Part shown: positions 41,949 through 53,443 of the stretch, one piece after another
How the letters are laid out: each line of letters begins with the position of its first letter
Numbering within the stretch: position 1 is the stretch's first letter
Source: Eledone cirrhosa
Taxonomy: Eukaryota
Direction of reading: 5' to 3'
DNA: 64,000 bases
NCBI GenBank assembly: GCA_964016885.1
Contig: OZ024740.1
Span: forward strand, 158,968,001 to 159,032,000
Translations under genes and position numbers: made by a program
The notes under the pieces: model-generated
What the model saw: the letters and a program-made list of their open reading frames with translations, nothing else
Told to the model about the DNA's origin: nothing
Databases searched by the model: none

Positions 41949-42016
<68 letters not shown>

Positions 42017-42179
42017 TATATGTGTGTGTATTAGTATTGGTGCTCTGAAATAGCGATGTATACATGAATGTATATATAGTCCATTTGGCAATATACTTGT
42101 TTATTTGTTGGATCGGCAACCTCTCTGTTTAATCAGATTAGATAGTACTGGAATTCTATAGGAATCCACCTTCTATAAC

Positions 42180-42269
42180 TCTCGGCAGAGGCAAAGGAGT
42201 GAGTGGTCTTGATAAACGCTAACGAGCGGAAACAGGACTATTGATCACTCTTCTTTGCTTTTGCCGAGA
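42180..42269 (+). ncRNA. Type I hammerhead with U3-A8 core and very long stem I
   Basis: tctcggcagaggcaaagga gt gagtggtc TTGATAA a cgct aacg agcg GAAA caggacta TT gatcactc ttctttgcttttgccgaga. 27-bp stem I with G-U pairs; stem III weak. Confidence 0.7.
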
Positions 42270-42385
42270 ATAAGTAAGTGACATAGTCACTACTTTGAAA
42301 CTCATAGCGAATGCTGTTCAAACTATATATATATATATATATATAAATGTCTTCCACGAGAGTTTCTTTTTGTGTGAAATCATCA

Positions 42386-42434
42386 ATGTTCTGATGATTT
42401 CATAACAATGAAACACTTCTAGCCCAGTAGATGT
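42386..42434 (+). ncRNA. Degenerate hammerhead (relative of the 5315 family)
   Basis: atgtt CTGATGA tttcataacaat GAAA cacttctagcccag TA gatgt. Confidence 0.5.
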
Positions 42435-42521
42435 AATACCTATACATAATAGAGATGCCTATACTCTAACACCGTACTGTGTACTTTCTTAAAATGTGGT
42501 TTTCCCTCGACACCATTCGGG

Positions 42522-42577
<56 letters not shown>

Positions 42578-42839
42578 CCTCTCTCTCTCTACACACACAC
42601 ACACACATATATATATACATACACCCAGATAGGTAGAGCTACTGGTTGACACAAATAATTTGCATAAAGTGCCATTCATGCAAAGATATCTGCCACCGTA
42701 AAGACTTGCACACACTCAAATGGCTGATTGTTTCTATTCTCGGACTCTCTTGTTTATCTCTATGTAAAATTCTGTACCATTTCTTTACAGATATGAATTT
42801 ATCGTATTCTTTGGCTGTTTAGTACACAATTTAATATAC

Positions 42840-43380
42840 ACAGGATTGACATACGTAGCTGTGTTGGATGTGGTATCACGACTGGTGTAAAATCAGTCGT
42901 CTGGAATTTGCAGACCACATGGTGCACTTAACTCGACAGAACGTGATCTCCGACTTGCACTTGATATATTTGATGTCGAGTGCTGCATGGTTGGAATGAA
43001 AATTAAAGCTGCGAAAATTGTGACACTCCTCCTCTTAAGGAATCCTGCGCAGTTCACTCTACATGTGAATGTAGTCCCACCGAAGCAAATGAATTTAAAG
43101 TATCTCGGGCCGTGTTCACAAGACAGGTAGGGGGCTGGATTAAGAGCAAGAATTGCAGGAACTGGAGCAGTAATGCACCAGATTCAACATTCGGTAATCA
43201 GAAGAAGGGATATAGGTGTAACAGCCGGCTCAGTTGGAAACGGTTATTTCTGACAGGACCCGCTGGAAGGTGTGTTTGAGGACTCTGCTCCCACATCCCC
43301 CAAGCAATAAGTGGGAGAAGAAGAAGAAGAAGAAGAAGAAGAAGAAGAAGAAGAAGAAGAAGAAGAAGAAGAAGAAGAAG
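42840..43380 (+). pseudogene. Degenerate RTE 3' remnant with (GAA)n tail
   Basis: Homologous to 6755-7560 and 48390-48780; (AAG)n at 43316-43380. Confidence 0.65.
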
Positions 43381-44756
43381 GTATTTGCCCTTGTATGACG
43401 TACCCTATCTAAAATACTCCTGTATTTTACAGGGATATTTTGCGAGAAAAATTAAACTTGTTTTATTCCGCATCAATTGAAAGATATTTTAAAGTGATTT
43501 CGCAAAGGAAAAAATGGCTGTATGCATAGGAATAGAATACTGTGACAGTGTGTGATAGAATAATGTATGAACTTATAATTTTATCATTTAAAGAAAACAA
43601 AATTAACTTTGTTTGATCATAAATGAAATGCTGCCGGTTTTCCATCAATAATACAACCACATTAAGCGCAGGGAAAGCTTTTGATGATATTAAAAAAAAT
43701 GTACCCTTCAACCGACAGTAAATACGATAAAAGAATTTACTACCACCGTAAACACTAAAATTATGCAAATTGTAGACCCCGTTGTTTACCTTTGCCACAT
43801 TTAATGGATGTATAAAAACCTTTAGTTCCAGGGATTGGAAGCAGTGTAGAAATCCTTTGATGAAAGTCCTAACAAGAACTGAAACTCGGGTCAAGAGGTT
43901 CATCGTTTTCAATCTACTGAAAAATACGTAAATAAAACATTTTTATATGTTTGTATATATGTAAATGTGTGTGTGTGTGTGTGTGTGTGTGCATGTGTGT
44001 GTGTGTGTATGTGTGCGTGCGTGTGTGTGTGTGTGTGTGTGAGTGTGTGTGTGTGTGTGTGTGTGTACGCATGAATTCTTCGCAACTTCGACTCGGCTCG
44101 GCTAAATCATGTGAGGTTTGTCTACAGATACTAATGAACTGCACATTGCAGCTGTATAGTGCACAATCTAATCTATGATTTTACTTCTGTATTTCACAAC
44201 ATGAGGAAATGACTCTAATGACCTTCAAATAAGGAGCACTTAAACTAAAGATTTCTATTCTGCCATACCCTAAATCCAATGTTCCCTAATAGGGTGTATA
44301 TTTTTCTATTTCCTTTTAATAGCCAATTACACCGAACCGCTGTCTAAATTTATCAATTTCATGAACAACCAAAATTTTGTTGACTCAACTAATATAGAAA
44401 CCACCACAATTAACTAATAAAAACAAACGAAACTAAATATAACTAACTCGTTACGAAACTTACTCACAGCACACTATGCATAATCCCAAAACATGGGAGC
44501 CAAATACACTGCACTTATAATTATAAAATCCATTCCGAAAATCTTCACTTGTCGGAATATTCTCGCCCGGAATGAAACCATTGGTCTCTGTAAGGCATTG
44601 GACCTTCCAATTGCGACAATAAGTATTTACTTCACAAATATATTGAGTTCTTTCTTGTTTAGAGATAGCAGTATATGATAAAGAACAAAATCTCTAAAAA
44701 AAACATTCTACTAGCCTGAGCACTATGACATGAAAATCAGGATTAATATAATAGAG

Positions 44757-44960
44757 GTGAAGGCACGTGGCTTAGTGGTTAGAGAGTTGGATTTGAAATC
44801 GTGAGATTGTGAGTTCAATTCTCTGACCGGGTGATGCGTTGTGTCCTTGAGCAAGACACTTTATTTCAAGTTGCCAGGAGTTGTAACCAGTAGATAGTAT
44901 CAGCAATGGAAAGATCAATGGAACATTATTTCCTTGGTCCGATTTGACGAGGTCCACCCC
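44757..44960 (+). mobile_element. tRNA-derived SINE
   Basis: GTGAAGGCACGTGGCTTAGTGGTTAGAG..GAGTTCAATTC..GTGTCCTTGAGCAAGACACT. Confidence 0.8.
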
Positions 44961-45214
44961 ACTCGGCAAGCGTATGAGGTGTGGGATCTTGTCGATCGAT
45001 CAGAGCGAAAGATAATAGAGGTGAGGAAGGTTTTCAGATTACCAGGTAACCTCATCATTGACATCAAAATGTCGAAACTTAAACATGTGAATGAGTTCAA
45101 ATAATTAGGAAGTATCTTCGTTGAGAGTGTAAGACCGAATAGAAAGGACGAGACCGGAGTAGAGACGGCCAGTGGCATCAGAAACCGGATTGTCCCGCTC
45201 TCGAAATATCCCAA

Positions 45215-45410
45215 CATCTCAATGATGTATGCAGATAAACTAGAGAAAATCATAAAAAATGAACAAGTAAAAATACTATGGGACATGAAAATCCAGACAG
45301 ACAAGTACTGAAGAAAGATATGAGAACTTGTAAGATGATAGATGCGGCTTGTCCATTCAATACCTGGGTGAAAGTTTTAAAGTGAGAACTAAAAAGGCTG
45401 TGGAATTGCA
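45215..45410 (+). pseudogene. R4/Dong-like RLE fragment
   Basis: Reads EKIIKNEQVKILWDMKIQTDK, the typical ILWD..IQTD motif. Confidence 0.5.
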
Positions 45411-45419
45411 GATAAATAA

Positions 45420-46625
45420 TAATTGTTTCTACTTTTGGCACAATGCCAGCAATTATCCCAGTGCATTACTGGTACTTTATTTTATTGACTCCGGAAGGAT
45501 GAAAGGCAAAGTTAACCTCGGTGGGATTTGAACTCAGACCGTAAAGGTGCGCAACTCTATGCTGCAAAGCATGGTGCCCGGCCCTCTACCGATACTGCCA
45601 ATCCACCATACTAAACGTTAGAGAAATAATAATAATTCCTGTTATAATAGAGTCAATCTGAACAGATCATTGTCTAAATTATAACGAAATAGCATTCTAT
45701 AGTAAGCTTAACAATAGATTTGACAAAACTTAAAAGATAAAAAAGCATCATATTAACAGTTACAACAACAAGATATGTGTTGAAAACACGGGTAGTTGTT
45801 TGATGTTCAGAGGACAAAACTGGCGGAAAAATCGACTCAACTGCCGTGAAAATTAGATAATTTTGATAATGGTCCCTGATTCAGGCATAAGACCAATCAT
45901 TTTTAGGAAGAGAGGGAAAGTCGTTGCTTGTACTTTATTTTATCGACCCTGTAAGAATGAAAGGCAAAGCTAACACTCGGAGAATTTTAACCCAGAACTA
46001 CAGGGACGTAACTATATATCACAAAACACGTTTTCCGTTCTCTACCGGTTTCTACTATAGGCAAAGGCCAGCAACTTTTGGGGAGGGGACAGTCGATTAA
46101 ATTGACCCCAGTGCATTACTGGTGCTATATATTATCGACCTCGTAAGGGTGAAAAGCAAAGCTAACCTTGGCATGATTTGAAATCAGAACGTAAAGAGCC
46201 GTAACTCTATGCTGCAAAGCAGAGTGTCCGGTGCTCTACCGATACTGCCAACCCACCATACTAAACGTTGAGAAAATCGCACTTTTAAATCAGTGTACAC
46301 ATTACGCAGAATATTGCCAATAAAATAGAAAATATCCCCCCCACCACCAAAATACACCCCATGTAATCAAGGCACACAAAGCTGACATTATACAATTAAT
46401 TGAGATTATTGAAAAAATATAAGAATTTTTAATGATTTATAACTCATTTGTAGAGGAGACATTTAGTCGATTTAATCAACTTGAGTACTTTAGGTGGCTA
46501 GAACGTCAGATAGAATGCTTTATGGTATTCGTTTTGGCTCTCTACCCTCTGAGTTGAAATCCTGCCGAGGTCAACTTTGCCTTTCATCCTTTCAAGGTCG
46601 ATAAAAAATGTACCAGTCGATTCTT
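45420..46625. mobile_element. Cluster of four Meta-like SINE copies (three on -, one on +)
   Basis: Approx. 45420-45607, 45931-46062 and 46070-46258 (-), and 46495-46625 (+); homologous to 541-723. Confidence 0.75.
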
Positions 46626-47096
46626 CCTCTCTTTGGAAGAAATCTGCTGTACTCAGGCCTAGAGAGGGGGGGGGGCACTGCCAGGCTTAAAATGTCCAAG
46701 TCAATATGGTGCCCCTACGACTCTATCAAGTGTTACCGGACCATACATTCATAGTACATTATCTGGGGTGGGGAACGTAAAATGAATCCTGCTATTCATT
46801 GATATTCTGGACAAAGGGATGCACAGTATGTTAAAAGTATCGAATTTCCGTCAGACCTTGGTTTGCTGTAAACAATGCATTGTTTGACATTATAATTTAA
46901 AATTAAAAAATAACGTATTGACATTTTGTAGTCACTGAACAGATGGTGGACTATTGTGACATTTGCGCCTGAGAGTCATACACACAAGCGCGCACATACA
47001 CACACAGATATATATATATGTGTATAGTTAAAAGAAACAACAAACAGAGGTACAACAAAGTCTTATTACGCTTTATATGGAAAAGTGGAAAGAAAG

Positions 47097-47130
47097 TTCG
47101 ACGTGTCGGGCTTTAGCCCTTCTTCAGGAG
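47097..47130 (-). ncRNA. Minimal PLE-type hammerhead, probably inactivated (GAAA to GACA)
   Basis: Minus: ctc CTGAAGA a gggc taaa gccc GACA cg TC gaa. Confidence 0.6.
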
Positions 47131-47829
47131 TACACAAATAGAGACAGCATCACAATGGATAGATACAGAAAACAAAAGTAGCTCAAGTAAAGTAAAAAAA
47201 CAACAAAAAAAATGAAAGTATAGAGAGTAAACAAGACAAACCGTTTGGTAGTTTTGGTAACGATTGTGCTGTACATACATACATATATACGGCTGACACT
47301 CCTAACCATTAAGCTACGCACTTTCACCGTATACATACATATATATTGTGTTGGACCTCTGAGGACGAGTTTTCCAGTTGCTTTACCCAACGGAATAGGC
47401 TGCTCAGAAAATTAGCATGAAAGTGGCTGAAAATTTCATAGACACACGAACCCTTTAAGTAGAGATATACCTGTAAGGGAGATACACCTTTAAGGGAGAT
47501 ATACCTGTAATTTACAGAGCCGGTCAAGACACACAGCGTGTGTCTAGACCGACACTTTAAATTACAGATATATCTCATTTTCCCCAAGATCAGCAAATAG
47601 AAATAAATGTGTTTGCTCAAAGATACAGCCGGGAATTGAAATCACGAACTTACGATCGTCAGTCAAACACCTTAAACCACTAAAACAAACTCCTTCACCA
47701 AATACATCCATATAAGCATGAATATATATAACTGTAAATAGTGTGGTTGTTTTATGTTTATGTCTGTGTATGTGCATACATGCATGTATGTGAGCAATAT
47801 TTATCTAGCTATCTATCTATCTCTCTGGG

Positions 47830-48925
47830 GTCACAAGAACAATTAAAAAGCTCAAATATGGCAAGGCCTCTCGAAAGGCTGACCCGTATGTGTCGGGTGG
47901 CCTGGATCTCTGGAAAGGCCCTCAACAATAGCAATCGGGAGTGATAATCACAATTTTCTAAAAAGGAGACAAGAGAGATTGCTCCAATTATAGAGGGATT
48001 TCCTTATAAAGGGGCCCCGGTAAAGCTTGGTAAAGCCTATGCTAAGAAGTGTCTGGCTAAGAAGTGTCTGGCTAAGAAATGTAAACATATTGCCGAGTCC
48101 AAGCAAACTGACGGACAGTGTAGTTTGCTCTCGGGATGCAATACAGCCGACTAAATATTCCTACTGTGGCAGGCTTTTGAGGACATCGAAATGGCATATG
48201 ACTGCGTTCAACAGGATCTGTTGAGGAAGGTTCGGCAGATTGATAGACAGCTTCTTGTTGTCCTAATGTCTCTATACGAGTGCACTAGTAATTGAGTTCA
48301 GATAAATGGTGCTAAATCGTTACCATTCAATGTGGGTATCCGACTATGACAAGGTTGTGTACTTCCACCTCTATTCTTTATAATCTTCATGGACAGGATT
48401 GACATGCGCAGTCTGGTTGGAAGTGATATCAAGACTGGTGGGTGTAGAATCTGTCGACTGGAATTTGCGGACGACATGATGTACTTAACTCGTCAGAAGT
48501 TGATATCTGCCGAATGCTGCACGACAGAAATGAAAATCAGTTCTGTGAAAACTCCTACACTCGTCCTCTAAAAAAAGCCCGCACAGTGCATTATAAATGT
48601 GAATGGAGTTCCACTGAAGCAGGTGGAGAAATTCAAGTATGTCAGGGCCGTGTTCTCGAGTGATGGCAGGTAGATGGTTGAATTAAGTGCAAGAATTGCA
48701 GTAGTTGTAGCAGTAATACACCAGCTTCAGCATTTGGTAATCAGAAGAAGGGAGGTAGGAGTAAAAGCCAAACTCGTTATCTTCAATTCAGTATTTGTGT
48801 CAGCCCTTTCCTATAGTCACGAATCTTGGGTAATGACCGAAATAATAGGATCGCGAATACAAGCGGCCTATATGAGGCTCCTCCAAAGGGGTTTTGAAGT
48901 AACGTTATTCGATAGAGAAAGATGG
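47830..48925 (+). pseudogene. Degenerate RTE-clade RT
   Basis: NYRGISL, L*QGCVLPPLFFIIFMDRI, LEFADD, PLKQVEKFKY, ALSYSHESWVMTE; multiple stops. Confidence 0.8.
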
Positions 48926-49177
48926 CTGGATAAGATCCAATTGCACAAAAGCGAGATTATTAGCGTATCGATTATCCTATACATTTTATTTTTAAAGATA
49001 TGATGATATTTTTTTCTATGGCCGTGTACTGTATTAAGCCTTAGGTTTCCGAGCATATAGGTCCAAGTAGGTAGCCTCTGGTAACACACACACACACATT
49101 CATACATTATTATATATACATACATATATAAAACACGTTTGACTTAAGGAGCATTGGGATATCTATCTATCTATCTA

Positions 49178-49304
49178 TTGGGGAAAATCGACTAATTTTT
49201 TAAATTGCATTTGTGATAACATTTTACACGTTTTTATTGTATGTAAACTTCCCCCTTTGTATTTGTCCCCTTATTTTGTGCCCCTGTGGCTAATAAAGAA
49301 ACAT
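49178..49304 (+). mobile_element. Extremely 5'-truncated Tx1 3'UTR between (TATC)n tracts
   Basis: Near-identical to 53299-53425. Confidence 0.8.
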
Positions 49305-49328
49305 ATCTATCTATCTATCTATCTATCC

Positions 49329-49409
<81 letters not shown>

Positions 49410-49410
49410 C

Positions 49411-52400
49411 ATAAACACTGAAAACAAAACACTAATGGAGACCATCACGAACAACCCTTCGGTGAAAACCGAAGGGAAAACTTTTGCCCACTCTATTAAA
49501 AATAACAAAAAACTGAACCTAAAACTGATTAGGGTCCCTATACAAACTTATAAACTTATAGGTCCCTAAAAGAAACATTTGAAAAGGATGTGGGGAATTC
49601 CTGCGTGAAACCACTTAACCACGTCCTTCTCAAATGTCTCCCCACCCCAGACACCCCATCCCACCAGACCCCACCCCACCAAACATCTCCGTCCCCACCC
49701 CGCCGGAAACCACCACCTACCCAGACAACCCCTCCAACACCCCCATGGAAATCGTGCAGCCTGGTCCCCAGGAGACGAAGGGTGAGTGATTTCTTTTCCT
49801 CTTTTAACTTTTCAGCACCAACATGGCCAATATAAGAGTTGGATGTGTAAACGTACGCGGCCTGGGGATGCCCTGGAAACAGGGCAAACTCTTAAACGAC
49901 CTCAGGTCGCACAGTATGGATGTAGTAGCCATTTGCGAGTCCAGGATCCACAGCGAGCGACAGCTAGCCCCCATCTTCGATGACTTTGAGATCTACGCAT
50001 CTCTCTGTCGGCCGGGGGGTGGGGGCGGGGTTGCCGTTTTGCTGCGAAAACACCTGGGCCTCGTAACACAGACGGTACATCTGGACCCGGAGGGTCGACT
50101 GGTGGTCCTAGACGTTGACGGTAGTGAAGGTGGAGCCTTCAGGCTGGTGGATGCATATGCCCCATCCGGGACACCGCGGCCAGACTTCTTCAAACATCTA
50201 GAGACTTTTCTGGGAACGTCCCACTCCTTGCTTTTAGTGGGGGACTGGAATGGAATCCTAGATGCACGTTGGGACTATGTGGGAGCATGTCCTGATAAAG
50301 GGGAGTGTAACAGCCTCAAACAGTTAATCGACCGATTTGACCTGGCCGATAGATATCGACTAGATTTTCAGACTGTGCCACTGTGGACGTGGACTAATCA
50401 TAGCGGAACATCCAGATCGTACATAGATAGGGTTCTAGTTAGAAATAAGGATAGGGACATGTTAAGCTGTCCACAAATGTTCATGGTTGCCTATTCAGAT
50501 CACAAACTAGTGACTTGCATGGCCAACCTTGATAGAACCCTTAGACAAGGACCCGGCTACTGGAAGCTGAACTTGTCGTTACTGGCAAGCAAAGCCTACA
50601 GTAGACGGATTAGCACTTTAGTTAAACAGCACTTGACAGGGGTCATTGTCAACAACAGATGGTGGTACTCTCTCAAGAGGGCAGTTAGATTAGACTCGTT
50701 AGTTTTTAGTAAAGAATTAGCGTTAGATAGAAATAGAACCGAGAAGGAACTGGTAGATAAAGTAGAAGAGGCAATTAGAAGTGGCAAAGTAGCCAGCGTG
50801 CTAGCAACGAGAACGGCCTTGGACCAGTTCTTCGACGCAAAGCACGAGGGCTGCGTTGTCAGAAGCAAAATACGTGCTCTGGGAAACGAGGGAGCCAAAG
50901 CTGTTAGCTGGGCCCGAGTGACGGAGGCAAAAAGTGGCAACAAGTTCACGATTCGGTCTTTGAAGGACCAAAACGGACGCGTGATACGTGAGCCGAAGCA
51001 GATGTGTGCGGCCTTTCAGCGGCACTCTGCTCAACATTCGGGCGGGGCGGCGCGTCGGGAGGGGCTATGGATTTCGGTCCATACCTCGACGGCCTACCGC
51101 GACTCTCGGACAGCGAGGCAAAGTTCTGCGAAAAGACGATTTCAGCCGCTGAGATAGGGGACGCGCTGAGCCAATGCGGCAAAAGCAAATCTCCAGGTCT
51201 CGACGGTCTACCCTACGAATTTTACGTAGCAATGCCGGACTTATTCTCCGGTCTCCTGGAAGCGGTCTACTGCAACTGGCAACAGAACGGGAGAATTCCC
51301 AGTTCTGTGACCGGGGGCGTAGTCACACTAGTCAGGAAGGACGAGAATAAGGGGGATGACATAGGCAACTTCCGGCCCATAACTCTGCTAAACACAGAGT
51401 TACAGATTTTGGCCAAGGTATTGGCAAAGAGGCTGACGCTTGTCGTCGGGAACCTGGTGGGAGAAGCGCAGACATGCGCAATCCCGACCAGGTCCATACA
51501 CGACAACTTCCACCTCATGCCATACATCATAGAGAGGGTAGGGTGTAATCCCGGCTTCGGTGGGGCCCTGATCAACTTGGATCAGTCTAAGGCTTTCGAT
51601 ACGGTTGACCATCGTTACCTGGATGCGGTGGTCGAGGCGGCAGGCTTCGGACCCATGTTCAGGGGCTGGATTGCTGCAATGCACGACAGCAACATCTGCT
51701 CAAGGGTCAAGGTGAACGGCTACCTCTCGGAGCCGTTCCATATTACGCGATCCATTCGACAGGATGCCTTCTCTCCTCCCTTCTGTACGTACTGACTCTC
51801 AAGCCACTACAGTGGAAGTTGGAGCTATTGCAGGGCATTCCTCTGGAACCGGGACTGCGGAAAGCGGCATCGGCCTACACCGACGACGTGACAGTAATGG
51901 TGTCGAGCGCCTCGCAAATCGAGGAAGTCGGCACCTTACTGAAGGAATACGAAAGTTTCACAGGAGCGAAGCTGAACCGGGACAAGTCCATCGGTTTGCA
52001 ACTCGGATCGTGGAGAGGCAAATCGATGCCTCCCGATGGCGTCGTCGGACGCTGTACGGAAGGACCGGTAAAGCTGCTCGGGGTCTGGTTTGGTCCGGAC
52101 CTCCAGGTGGAGAAGAACTGAAACGAAGTGACGGCCAAGGTGTTTGCACTCACCCAGAAGTAGGCCGAGTGCAAACTATCCTTGAAAGGTCGAGCGGAGG
52201 TGGCGAACACTTTTATAGCGTCCGCCATCTACTACCGCTTGACCGTTGTGCCTTGTCCAGCCAAAATGCTCACCGAAATGGAGCGCGCGCTCTTCCAATT
52301 CCTTTGGAAGAGGCGGGTTCCTTTGGTGAGAAGATCCATCTGCTGCCAACACCCTTCTAACGGAGGGCTGGGAATGCCTACGTGGCCCCCGTTCGTGAGG

Positions 52401-53425
52401 CAAGCCTTCCCACGACTCGTCTCGCTGACCGAGCTGCAGTCCTGGGTCAAGCAAAGACCGAGGAAAATGGTCGATTGGCATATCGAATGTGCTCAGGCGC
52501 TCACAGCCCTCTGGCAGGCGGGCCAGGCGATCAGTGGAGACTCCACTTCGTCATTCTATAGAGGGTTGATCCGCAGCGACGACGCGCTCGGTGAAACTCT
52601 AGGCGTAGAGGAAGATGAACTGGCCAGTCTGTTCAGTAGGACATTCCGCCCGGGACCGATGGACAACTTCCAAAAGTCCCTGGCCTGGCAGTACTACTGA
52701 GGAGTTCTACCAGTTCGAGACAAGCTCTACAGACATGGGCGCCCGGGAAGGGACCCTGCAAAAAAGATCTGTCCGAGGTGCGTGCAAGACGAAGAAACCG
52801 TCACGCACGCATTCATACACTGCCCGGGCGTCACTGACCTGTGGGGCTATGTAGAACGACTATTGTCGCGGGTGGGACCAATCCGGTTGACCACCGAGTC
52901 CATTGTCATGATCAAACCGCCACCCTCCTTCAAAAACGAAGGAGAGGCGGTTTTCCTTTGTGTGATAGCTATGGCGAAAGAGGTTGTATGGTGGACAAGG
53001 TTGAAAGGGTTGAGGTCAGACACCTTTCTCTCCGGCCAACAACTGATTCTTTTTTTCAAATACCACTTTGGAAAAAGAATCAGGATGGAGAGAGAGGTGC
53101 TGTACCCCAGCAAGTTTTATGAAAGGTGGGTGAAAGTGGCGAGAATGGCCCGAGTGAATGGGCATTCTCTCTATATCAGCCTGTAGGTTGAGGAAAAGGA
53201 GGAGGAGAGGAAAGGAGTACAAACTCTTCGTACTCCTGGAGATGAGGGTTGCACATTTTTTCGGGGGTATGTGTTACCCATATGAACTGTCTCCCTCTAT
53301 TGGGGAAAATCGACTAATTTTTTAAATTGCATTTGTGATAACATTTTACACGTTTTTATTGTATGTAATCTTCCCCCTTTGTATTTGTCCCCTACTTTTG
53401 TGCCCCTGTGGCTAATAAAGAAACA
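49411..53425 (+). mobile_element. L1/Tx1-clade LINE A: ORF1 tail + disrupted ORF2 (49823-53186)
   Basis: APE (CVNVRGL, AYAPS, GDWN, SYIDR, SDH, GPGYWKLN), RT (KSPGLDGLPYEFY, NFRPITLLN, LDQSKAFD, AYTDD, KLLGVWFG), zf-RVT (CPRC..ETVTHAFIHC). Frameshifts and stops; 3' AATAAA then (TATC)n. Confidence 0.92.
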
Positions 53426-53443
53426 TATCTATCTATCTATCTA

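Larger units (their letters stand above)
37643..41952. repeat. Tandem segmental duplication (37643-40097 and 40161-41952)
   Basis: Unique parts are near-identical. The copies differ in microsatellite lengths and in the 608-bp insert. Confidence 0.92.

Noticed and set aside
47450-47512. Three ~17-bp repeats CCTTTAAGGGAGATATA
   Set aside because: Short minisatellite without spacers; not CRISPR (eukaryotic context, no cas genes).
49178-53425. 125-bp direct repeats as LTRs around element A
   Set aside because: The internal ORF is APE-RT (non-LTR); the upstream copy is a truncated 3'UTR in its own (TATC)n.
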